A program made the position numbers and the translations under genes. This document shows, in pieces, positions 46,701 to 64,000 of a DNA stretch of 64,000 nt. The notes under the pieces are model-generated. The model did no database searches and was not told the origin of the DNA. It saw only the letters and a list, made by a program, of their open reading frames with translations. Source of the DNA: the human T2T-CHM13v2.0 reference genome, Homo sapiens. The stretch lies in the NCBI RefSeq assembly GCF_009914755.1, contig NC_060929.1; one strand, given 5' to 3'. How positions within the stretch are numbered: the first letter of the stretch is position 1; the number at the start of each line of letters is the position of its first letter.

Positions 46701-48988
46701 TTAAACTATACCCTGGAACAAACTGACTTAACAGATATACACAGAACATTCTACCCAACAACTGCTGAATATACATTCTATTCAACAGTGCATGGAACTT
46801 TCTCCAAGACAGACCATATGATAGGCCACAAAAGGGGCCTCTATAAATTAAAAAAAGTGAAATTATATCATGCACTCTCTCAGATCACAGTGGAATAAAA
46901 CTAGAAATCAACTCTTCAAAACCATGCAAATACATCGAAATTAAATAACCTGCTCCTGAATGATTCTGGGTCAAAATGAAATCAAGATGGAAATTAAATT
47001 CTTCAAACTGAATGACAATAGCGATACAACCTATCAAAACCTCTGGGATACTGCTAGGAGGAAAGTTAAATAGGCCGAAACACCTACATCAAAAAGTCTG
47101 AACGAGCACTAACAGACAATCTAAAGTCACACCTCAAGGAAACAGAGAAACAAGAACAAACCAAACCCAAACCCAGCAGAAGAAAGGAAATAACCAAGAT
47201 CAGAACAGAACTAAATGAAGTTGAAACAAACAAAAATACAAAAGACAACTGAAACAAAAAGTTGATTCTTTGAAAAGATAAATAGAATTGATAGACCATT
47301 CGCAAGATTAACCAAGAAGAGAGAAAATCCAAATAATCTCAATTAGAAACGAAATGAGAGACATTAAAACTGACATCACAGAAATACAAAAGATCATTCA
47401 TGGCTGCTATGAACACCTGTATGCGCATAAACTAGAAAACCTAGAGGAGACGGATAAATTTCTGGAAAGATACAACCCTCCTAGCTTAAATCAGGAAGAA
47501 TTAGATACCCTGAACAAACCAATAACAAGCAGCAAGACTGAAATGGTAATTTTAAAAATTACCAACAAAAAAAAGTCCAGGACCAGACGGATTCACAGCA
47601 GAATTCCACCAGACATTAAAAAAAGAATTGGTACCAATCCTATTGATACTATTTCACAAGATAAAGAGGGAACCCTCACTAAATCATTCTATGAAGCCAG
47701 TATCATCCTAATTCCAAAACCAGGAAAGAACATAACCAAAAAAGAAAACTACAAACCAATATCCCTGATGAGTATAGATGCTAAAATCCTTAACAAAGTA
47801 CTAGCTAACCAAATCCAACAACATATCAAAAAGATAATCCACCATGATCAAGTGGGTTTCATACTAGGGATGCAGGGATGGTTTAACATATGAAAGGCAA
47901 TAAATGTGATATACCACATAAGCAGAATTAAAAACAAAAATCATACAATCATCTCAATCAATGCAGAAAAAGCATTCAACAAAATGCAGCATCCTTTATG
48001 ATTAAAACTCTCAACAAAATCAGCATACAAGGGACATATACCTCAATGTAATAAAAGCCATCTATGACAAACCCACAGTCAACATAATACCGAATGGAGA
48101 GAAGTTGAAAGCATTCCCTCTGAGAACTGGAACAAGACAAGGATGCCCACTCTCACCACTCCTCTTCAACACAGTACTGGAAGTCCTAGCCAGAGCAATC
48201 AGAGAAAGAAATAAAGGGCATCCAAATCAAAAAAGAGGAAGTCAAACTAACTGTCACTGTTTGCTGATGATTGTTTACCTAGAAAACTCTGAAGTCCTAG
48301 AACTGATAAAAGAATTCAGCAATGTTTCTGGATACAAAATTAATGTACACAAATCAGTAGCTCTTCAATACACCAACAGTGACCAAGCAGAGAATCAAAT
48401 CAAGAACTCAACCTCTTTTACAATAGCTGCAAAAAAAATATTTAGGAATATACCCAACCAAGAAGGTGAAAGACCCCAACAAGGAAAACTACAAAACACT
48501 GCTGAAAGAAATCATAGACGATACAAACAAATGAAAACACATCCCATGCTCATGGATGGTAGAATCAACATTTTGAAAATGACCACACCACCCAAAGCAA
48601 TCTACAAATTCAACACTATCCCCATCAAAATACCACCGCCATTATTCATTGAACTAGAAAAAACAATCCTAAAATTTGTATGGAACCAAAAAAGAGCCCA
48701 CACAGCCAAAGCAAGACTAAGCAAAAAGAATAAATCTGGAAGCATCACATTACCTGATTTCAAACTATACTATAAGACCATAGTCACCAAAACAGCATGG
48801 TATTAGTATAAAAACAGGCACGTAGTCCAATAGAACAGAATAGAGAACCCAGAAACAAACCCAAATACTTAAGGCCAACTGATCTTTCACAAAGCAAACA
48901 AAAACATGAAGTAGGGAAAGGACACCCTATTAAACAAATGGTGCTGGGATAATTGCTAGCCACATGTAGGAGAATGAAACTGGATCTT

Positions 48989-52439
<3,451 letters not shown>

Positions 52440-53330
52440 GAAAAAGATACTTGCACACGCATGTTTAAGCAGCACAATTCAAAAGTGCAAAAATGTGGAA
52501 CCAACTCAAATGCCCATCAATCAACGAGTAGATAAAGAAACTGTGGTATATATATACATGATGGAATACTACTCAGCCATAAAAACGAATGAATTAATGC
52601 ATTCGCAGCGACCTGGATGAGACTGGATGCTATTGTTCTAAGTAAAGTAACTCAGGAATGGAAAACCAAACATCATATGCTCTCATTCACAAGTAGGAGC
52701 TAAGCTATGAGGATGCAAAGGCTTAAGAATGACACAATGGGCTTCGGGGACTCAGGGGGAAAGGATGGGAAGGGAGTGTGGTGTATACTGCTCAGGTGCA
52801 CAAATTGGGTGCAGTGTATACTGCTCAGGTGATAGGTGCACCAAATTCTCACAAATCACCAGTAAAGAACTTATGTAATCAAACACCACCTGTTCCCTGA
52901 TAACCTATGGAAATAAAAAAAATTGAAAAAAACAGAAGACAAAAAGCACTGGTAAAGATAACTATGTAATTATAAATGATATACATGTATATTTCTTCTC
53001 CTTAACTGATTTAAAAAGAAAAAGAAAAAAAAGTCCCTGTTTGTAGAGAATCCACACAGTTAACTTTATGTTTCCTGTCACAAGAAAGACTCTAAGACCC
53101 TCACTCAGAGCTCTTTGCTTTTAATAGACATCTCAAATAAAATTAGTTACCTGGTTTCTCACCCACAGATTAGAAATAGAAAACCAAATAAGATTCAGGG
53201 GATATCAGAAGCCAGCTAACAGTGAAGTAAAAGATGAACAGATAAATGAACAGAAAGAAATAAAGATGTACAATTCTAAAAAGCAATCAGAGACATTTCT
53301 AAAAAGCATTGCAGTTTAGGTCATTTAATC

Positions 53331-54702
53331 TGGTAATTCTCAAACTTGTTGGTCTCAGGACCTTGTTCTTGTAAAACTTTCTGAGAACATTAAAGAGCTT
53401 TTTTAGTGTAAGTTTTATACATATACATATAAAAAGTTATAAATATTTATATAAAGCTAAAACAAAGTGTTTATTAATTCATTCAAAACAGTAAACCCAT
53501 ACCACTTATTAACATAAACCTACTTTTTATTTTAAAAAACTATATTTTTCAAAAAAGAAAAAGTTTAGTGAGAACAGTGCCATCAGGGTTGAATCTCTTT
53601 AATATCTAGTTTAACAGATGACAGCTAAATTCTCTTATCTACTTTTATATTCAGTCTGTTATGTTGCTTTAAGTATATGAAGAAAATCCAACTTTACAAA
53701 GATACATAGTTGGAAAGGGAAGAAGTATTTTAATAGCCTTTTCAGATCATTATTAATATTCTTTAATACCACATTAAAACTCAACAAGTGGTCGTTTCTT
53801 AAAAATTAGTTGCAATGAACCATATTGCAGTATACCTGAAACCATATCATAAAATTTTGTACACTAAATTAAAATCCATTAGGTCTTTTACCCATGGTGA
53901 TTTGACATTTAGAAAATATTGGTTCTCTGAGTTATGCAGACTTTCCAAATGCTGACACATTTCCTTGTTAAAATATCAAAAAGTGATATTTTAACAAATA
54001 TGATCACCACCAATTTCATAAGAAGAGTCTATAAGCACTGGGAAGCTGTCAAGCTCACCACAGCAGCAAATATGTTTTACAAAGTTTCAACCTTCACTTA
54101 AATTTTTATCATGACTCACAAATAAATTAGTTGCTCTCCTTGAAGAAAAGGTTCACTTCATTCATTTTCAGGAAAATGTGTACCAATTATCCTATTCTGA
54201 ATAGTCTCTGTGACTGTTATCCTTTCAAGTAAAAATGGTATTCCACGAAAAAAGCACATAGTTCAGCTCACAACTCAAATAATGTAAGTGCTTTTCCTGA
54301 GACAACCATCATACTTCAGTAGGCATCACACAGAATATTTGTAAGATGCATACTTAAAGGTAAAGATTTAATAAAATTAATAATTTTTACTGCTTCATCA
54401 AGGACAAGATTAAATAAAACTGGCACTTTTTTTTTTAACTGCCAATGCATGGCAATGAAAATGCAATGACACTAGTAGAGTCTGCTAACATCTTGATCCA
54501 TGTTATGGCACCAGCAATTTTATGCATCATTGTTATTCACCAACAGCACAAATGCCAAAGCAGAAAAAAAACTCATTATAATTTTTAAAAAATTCCTAAG
54601 TAGACAACATCTTAGTATTATGATGCAGAGTTCTGACTCATAGACTCCCTGAAAGGGTTCTGGGAATTCAAGGGTCTACAGACCACACTTTGTTCATCAC
54701 TG
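53331..54702. mobile_element. Charlie1-type hAT DNA transposon
   Basis: Ends ttctcaaacttgttggtctcaggacc / gggtctacagaccacactttgttcatcactg; about 1.4 kb. Confidence 0.75.
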
Positions 54703-55519
54703 ATTTAACCTACTACATGGGTGATTGGCCCTATGTCTTAATGAAACCTGAGAGAATTTTTCCATTCACTTTTAATGTTTATAACTGATTATTTCATGAA
54801 GAAAAGGCAAAACTGTATTCATTAGATTCCACTTTTTTAAAAAAAAAAGGTCAGTTAGTGTATATCTTAGAAATATTTCCAGCTAAAATGTCAATAAAAC
54901 AACCCTTAGAACTTAATATTCAGTTGCCTGGCAATTATACTTTACGTCAGCCATCTCATTTCCTGACCCATCTCATTTCCTGATAATTTTGCAAATATAC
55001 ATAGTATCTACATTTACATTTTCTGAGAAATGAAGATATTAAAATATGGTATAAGAGTTTTCAAAATAAAAAAAGACAAACTATCACCCACATTTTAGAT
55101 AACTGCCATCCTGCATGCTTCAATTCAAGACAGAATCAGGGGTTACAAGAGTCAGAGAGGCAGAGGTAAAGTACCTAGGAATATGAAAGCTCATATGAAT
55201 GACCAGTCAAACTGAGGCAAGAATCTGATGAGAACAGCTTTCTAACTGCAAAAATAGGCAAAGATGTGAGTTGCAAGATTAGACCTTGAGAAGCCACAAA
55301 GGGTTTGGTTGGAAGGAGGCAGGGAGACATGGGCATAAGGCCAACTGCCCCCATCAATGCCTAGTCAGGTGCAAGGCTGCAGAGAATTTTACACAGAGAA
55401 TTTGCATAAAAATTTTCACCAAAAAAGTAAAATCAAGCCAGTGTAATAAGAGTAAATAATTTATTTCAAGGGCAATGCACTGCATACAAACACACTGCAT
55501 CCTCTCCACTCAGATACTA

Positions 55520-55711
<192 letters not shown>

Positions 55712-56223
55712 TCACAAATAGGGAAGAGACTATAAAAAGATCATATTGAAGTCAAAATTATGAGCTCATCAGCCAGCACAAGTTATTCCTTAAGAACCTT
55801 AACACAAGAGGCTGGTTATGACAGAAAGGTAGGGAGACTCTGTGCTTCTAAAAGTAATACCAGCCAGAAATTCCTGGAAATTATCAGTGTTTAGCAACAG
55901 CTTAGAAATAACAAAAAAATTAGATAATCTTAAATCAATTAAAAGCTAACAGGTAACTGTACACAAATTGGCAGCTCAAGTCAACAGGTTTCTTGGCAGC
56001 CTAGGCCAAAGAAACTAAAAAAAAAAAAAAAAGACCAAAACGAAGGAAAAATAACACATGTCCTATTAAGACCTCTTTGTTAACCTTTTTTGTTTAAATT
56101 TAAAGAAATAATACTTGACTAATTCTGCTTTTAGCAATTAGTTCAATCAAACATTAGTTTTTAAATTTATTTTGTGGTAGTATTTCGAAGGCATCTCAAG
56201 CCTCTAACAAAACATACACTTCA

Positions 56224-56469
<246 letters not shown>

Positions 56470-56537
56470 CTAAAAAGAGATGGAGGCATTACACTGTAGC
56501 AAACAATGAGAGCTCAAGGGTGAGTTCTGAGAATTGA

Positions 56538-56935
<398 letters not shown>

Positions 56936-57205
56936 ACATAATTTGATCCTAGACAGTGCAAATCACACCCAAGGAACCAGGTGTTTCTCTGAAAGTGATT
57001 TAAACATTAAAACAAACAAACAAACAAACAAAAAACCCTGACAGGGTTTAGCATTTTGCACTGCACTGATGGGAGGCTCCTGCAGAAAGAGGAGGAGAAA
57101 AAGAGCTGGGTATTTTTGTAAGCAGTAGAGCTCTCACCCATCCCTGATCCCCCCAAAAAAACGCCTGAATAAACATTATTGAAAATGCTTGAAAAGAAAA
57201 CACTA

Positions 57206-57418
<213 letters not shown>

Positions 57419-57504
57419 CTAGAAAATACATGCAACCTCATTACAACAATATTAAGAAAACATATTTTTATGCATTTTTATTATGTATTTATTATATAAA
57501 AATA

Positions 57505-58155
57505 GTGGCTAACAATACCAAGCACTGGCAAGAATGTAAAGCAAATGAAACAATCACACACTGCTTGTGGGAACGTAAATAGGTATAACCACATTAGAAA
57601 ACTGTTTGTCAATATCTACTCCAGCTGCATGACCCAGAAATTCCACTCATGGTTACATCCTAACAGAAATAAGTACAGAGGTTCATCAGAAGACATGCAC
57701 AAAAATGTTCATAACAGCTCTGCTTGTAATAGCTACAAACTGAAAACTACCCCAATGCTCACCAACTGTGGAATGAATAAATAAAACGTGACAAAGCTTC
57801 ACAATGAAATACAACAAAGAAAATCAAATCTACCACACAAACTGCAGCATAGGTAAATTATACAAATATAATGTTGCATGAAAGAAGTTAGATACTATAT
57901 ATGATTCCACTTATGTAAAGCTGAAATGCAGGCAAAATTAACCTATGATGGTGGAAGTCAGGATTATGGTTATCTTGGTGCAGGAGAGGGGGAGAGCAGA
58001 AGACACAGAAAACTGGGAGAGGACACAAGATGGTGGGGAGATCTGATTACGGTAATACTGTTTCTTACTCTGGGTGTTTCACACTGAAAATTCAAACAAC
58101 ACTTGTTACATTCTTCTGTATGTATATTTCAATAAAAAGTTAAAATTTAAAAAAA
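57505..58155 (+). mobile_element. Old L1M (L1ME-type) 3' fragment
   Basis: aacaataccaagcactggc, gacccagaaattccactc and atgattccacttatgtaaag motifs. Confidence 0.65.
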
Positions 58156-58350
58156 ACTAGCTATCTATCCTCATGTAGCAAAGATATTTAGCTTCCTAGA
58201 TAATCCTCTTACAAATGTTTTTAATCATACATAGTTTTGCAAATATCTGTCATAAAGATCACATTTCCCCTTTGCCTAAAAGATGCAACTATGAGAAAAA
58301 TATTTTTGTAAAGTAGACATTTTTTAGGGCCACCAAATTAAGAATTCCTA

Positions 58351-58764
<414 letters not shown>

Positions 58765-60164
58765 TCAGGCTTTATTAGCATCTATGTGAATTTTTTAAAA
58801 CTAGACCCTGCTTACTACATACTAGGCCTTAGCCCTTTTTATCATTTTAAACCATTTGCTTATTTTAAAATGAAAGCTAAGATAGGCAGTTTTCATTTTC
58901 TTTTCATTTCGAAAATAAAATCCAGTTTTGTAAACAAACTGCTGATATATACAACAGCCTATATGTTGTATGATTCCAATTATATAATCTTCTGGACAAG
59001 GTCAAACTGTAAGGTCAGAAAACAGATCAGTAATTGCTAAGAACTGAGAGTAAGGAGAACAGTGACTACAAAAGGACGTGAGAGAACCTTTTTGGGGTAA
59101 TAAAAATTTTCTTATGTCTCAATTATCAATACAGATATAGGAAACATTCTATATATCTGTATTGATCATTCTATATAGAATGTTTTCTATATCTGTATAA
59201 TCACAGTGTACTATGATTACACAGTATAAACAGAAGTATATATACTGATCAAAACATGTAAAACTGTACACCTAAAAAGAATAAATTTTACTGTGTGTAA
59301 ATTATAATTTGATAAACCTGATTTTTAAAAATCCAGTCTATTTTAAATTTTATCCTAGAAAATTATGATTAGTAGAAATCAAACAGACATACATTACAAA
59401 GATAGGTATGTTTCAAAACAAAAATCCATTAACTTAAAAATTTCACATAGGAGAACAACCATTATACCAAATAATTTCAGTATTATCAAATATTATAGAG
59501 AGGACTTCCACTTCTAGCATGATGGATTAACTGGTATTAGATATGACCTCCTGCCACAACAACTGAAAAACTGGACAATATATAAGAAGCAACTGTCTTC
59601 AGACATAGGACAATAGGCAGTACAAGACTTCGGTTCACACAAGAAGAACAACAAAGTAAACCTTACAATTGGCTTGGCTTTCTGTATAGAGGAGCTTTCC
59701 AGGCCATGACAGAGGGAGGAGAAACCCAAGTAGGGCATGGCAATCAGTTTGAGTGGAAGAAACGGAGACTGGAATCTGGGAATGCTGAAGCAATCGGAAT
59801 TTGCAGGTCAGAAAACCGTAGAGGAGGAAGCTACATAGCTAAAAAGTTCTAAGAATCCGCATAGGCATGCCCTAAGACACCTTTAGGTGTTTTTGCTTAA
59901 ATACTGCACTGCTGAGGCACTGGGAGGCTCCATAAGTCTGTACAAAGAACTACCATGGAGCTCTAAGCTAAGCAATCCCCAGAGCTCACGCTAGGCTGAG
60001 AGACATTTGACCTCCAACCACAAAAGCAGAGACTTTATATTAAACACCTGGGAATTAAGGTGGAGACTTCGGAAGAGTCAAGCCTTAGCAGCAGAGATAA
60101 ACAGTACTTAGTTAGAGTAAAGGCCACTATAGACTCACCCTAAACAAGCTTTACAAAAAGTCTT

Positions 60165-60479
<315 letters not shown>

Positions 60480-60967
60480 TTAAGTTGCAAATACCTTAAC
60501 TGCCCGCCGACAAAAGGAAAGCAGAAGATAGCCCCCTTTAAAGGAAGAAAACAAAATCCCTAATAGATGATCAATGATTTCCATCAATGGCCTATGCTTA
60601 TCTCAAAATTCTGAAAATATACATGTTGACTACAAGACACATCCTTGGCAGAGGAATTAACCTCCTTCCTCAGGAACTTTAGAAGATAGAAGGGGTTTAG
60701 TATCAAAAGGCAGTCCATTGTAATTTTGGAAAGTTCTCCCTGTTAAACTCTTTATTAAACTAAAACTTAACTCTATATAACTTCCACTGAGTGGTACTAG
60801 TTACTAGTTCTCCCCATAAACCATGAATAATAAACCTAATCCTCTTCTCCATGCTAGTCTTCAGAAAAAGACCAGGATATTCTCCCAATCTCCCTTCTCC
60901 AGATTACCAGATTCAATCTCTTATAAGACTTTCTCTTGTAAGACTTTAATTCTAGACATTTCACTAT

Positions 60968-61479
60968 TGTGAAAGAAAATAAAACTCAGGACCCCAAATT
61001 TACTATGCCAAAGGGAACAGTTAAGCTGAAAGCTAAGTTACACAAAAACTGTCTTTCCTTTTGTTCCTAAGCAGAAAGGCCAGACAGAAGGCCAGATGTT
61101 TCCACAGGTAGCTACTCTACGTTTACTTTATTTCATGTAAACTGCCAATTTACTGAGCATAAGACAAATACATAATTGACTCTACCTCTGCTCTTTCCTT
61201 TTACACGTAAAATGTGGATTCAGTGAACACTGATCAAAGATTCAAAAGAAGGCAACCACTTGCCCCTCTTATCTACCCTCCCCTTTCTTTACTTCCTCTT
61301 TCCCCTAGAGCCCACTCTTCTTCCTTTAAATATTGAAGTCACCAGACCCTCTTCAAAAAAAGTATGGAAGGTAGATTGTTTCTGTGGTTTGTGTTCCTTT
61401 TTCCCAGGTGCATCCTCAAACTTAGCAAAATAAACCTCTAACTTGATTGAGACCTGTCTCAGACACTTTTTGATTCACA
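60968..61479 (+). mobile_element. MER4-family ERV1 solo LTR
   Basis: TGTGAAAG..TTCACA termini, perfect 4-bp TSD ctat (60964-60967 and 61480-61483), TATA-like tttaaata near 61325, AATAAA at 61429. Confidence 0.85.
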
Positions 61480-62908
61480 CTATCTAGCTGACTCTTTTCT
61501 GGATTCACCCAGTTTTTCAAAGCCCTTCTTAAAACATGGCCCTCTGTGGTAGATATCTTTCAGTGTCATGAAGATGCTGCTGTTAACATATTCAAAGCCA
61601 CTTCTAACCCCCTTTTTCCTTGGCTGCTAAACCCATATCCTGATCTTGAGGTTTCTGATAATGCCCAAAACGCACTCTCTCAGCATCTCTTGCTGCTACA
61701 TCAAGAACATGAGATCCTGTTCTAGGCAATGGCATTGGAGAAGAAACATGCTTGGGACTCCTGGAAAACATTTCCCCTCTTTAAAGAAAGAGGGATGCAT
61801 GAGGAAAAATGACACTTCCCATCTACTTCATTCCTGACTTTGAGCATGGTTATTTTAGAACACTATACTTGGAGTTGCAGTATTATCGGACAACCATAAA
61901 GAAACTATAAAGAAATCAACAAAGAATACTGTAGAGAAGCCAGCCCAGAACCTTGACATCATTGAGCCACTAAACTAACTCTGGAACAGCCTACTTCTAG
62001 AGTCCTTAAGTAAGAAAAATATATTGACTTTCATTCACACATGCTGTTACTTGCAGCTAAAATAGTTTAACTGATGCAGGCATCACTAAGAACAGTGCCT
62101 CCAGTTCACATCCATAGTCCTTTGCAGCCATGTTTATACATGTGACTTGTCTCCAGGCCATAAGTGATCCATGGACATATGACCCAAGTTTAGACTGATT
62201 CTTTTACCTAGGAATTCAGAAGTGGAAATAACTGATGCCAGGATTCAATATAAAGCTGGAGCTGAGGAAAATAAGCAGCGAAAGTCAGTCTGCTTCAAGA
62301 AAAAAACTGAGACAGATCAGCAAAAAGAAACAAGAGTGAGAGACAATAAAGCCCATGAGAGATGAAGAATGCAAACCAGGCCTTGAAAAGATTCCTATTT
62401 TCTGGTCCCAGGCCCTCTCGATTTCTGGTTATAATTCTAGCCTTCATAGTTTGAGAGTAGGTTTCTGTCTGATCAAGGCTAGCCTCTAGAATTAAACGTA
62501 GTCTTCATAAAAATCTGAACACAAAAGGAATACACCCCCAAAACAATACATTAAAATATTTTTATCATGTCACAACAGACTCAGATTCAGCTAACTCTTA
62601 TTAGTCTCTTATTCAATTATGCCAAGCAAAATGCTAAGCAATTTTTATATTGTATATTCATGGCCTTATTTGTTAAATGTTTATAACAGTCACTTGAGAT
62701 ATAAAATATCATTCTATTTCAGATGTGGAAAGTGAAGTAAAGGGACACATAAGCAGTTAAAGGACATAGATGTCTAATTGGGAACTAAAGATTCTAAATA
62801 CTCTTTCTCACTACAGTCCCACGATGCCCTGAGTATCAGATGTCCAATAAATACCTACTGAAAAATTAGTTCAACTGTTCCATTTCAATTCATAATTCTA
62901 GGTCTTTA

Positions 62909-63046
<138 letters not shown>

Positions 63047-63293
63047 CTATTTGTCACCAAAACTGAAGAAACAAAAATCAAACTTGAAGATTTTTAAAAT
63101 CATTTAGGACCACAAGACATGTTATTTTGACAATACATAACTAATCTTGGCACTATTTCCTTAAAAAAATTGATTCATCATCACCAAAGAATAAGTTCAC
63201 AGTAATAATTCCTAGACTTCAATATTCTAATGAGGAAATGCTACAAACTCTAGTGGCAGTATATATCAGCCCATCATTACTAATGCATCCTCA

Positions 63294-63512
<219 letters not shown>

Positions 63513-63836
63513 CTAATTTCCCAGTAGGCAGAAAAACAAAAGGCAAAGAAAAATGAAAAAATTAGAGGAAAATCAGAATGTACAGACAAGGTATCTAATT
63601 ATTAGCCAAAAGCATGGGTGAACAAATACATATTATTTAGCTAAAGAAATGTATTGCTTGACTGGCAGATATATGCTATCAGCATGTAAGTACCACATAG
63701 CAAAAGCAATTATTCATAAAGGCATTTATAGAACTGAAAAGACTGTATTTTAGGGTTGTAAAGAGAAAGAAATAAGAGCAATTCTAAATTGGTATTTATG
63801 CCAAATTTCTTTTAGCCCCAACATTTTTTAATCCTA

Positions 63837-64000
<164 letters not shown>

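Overview
Primate (almost certainly human) genomic DNA. The right two-thirds holds most of FAM114A2 on the minus strand. I reconstructed 13 coding exons by hand, all with GT-AG junctions and consistent phase. They run from a truncated first coding exon at the window edge (63879-64000) to the TGA stop at 22111-22113, followed by a repeat-poor 3' UTR of up to ~2.8 kb with several AATAAA signals. The rest is intergenic or intronic sequence dense in Alu, L1, MIR/L2, ERV LTRs and DNA transposons, including a near full-length L1PB carrying a nested L1PA. I found no new multi-gene system. The most unusual structures are: (i) a 79-bp inverted copy at 14005-14083 of an ERV leader segment 2 kb away, which keeps CpGs the source has lost; (ii) that source, an internally deleted ERV1 provirus with a tRNA-Arg-type PBS and a histone-mRNA-like stem-loop at the deletion junction; (iii) an L1-into-L1 insertion that deleted ~0.7 kb of its host; (iv) a tail-less Alu; (v) several perfect tandem duplications and fold-back palindromes. 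Repeat subfamily names and exon numbers are from recognition, not database searches.
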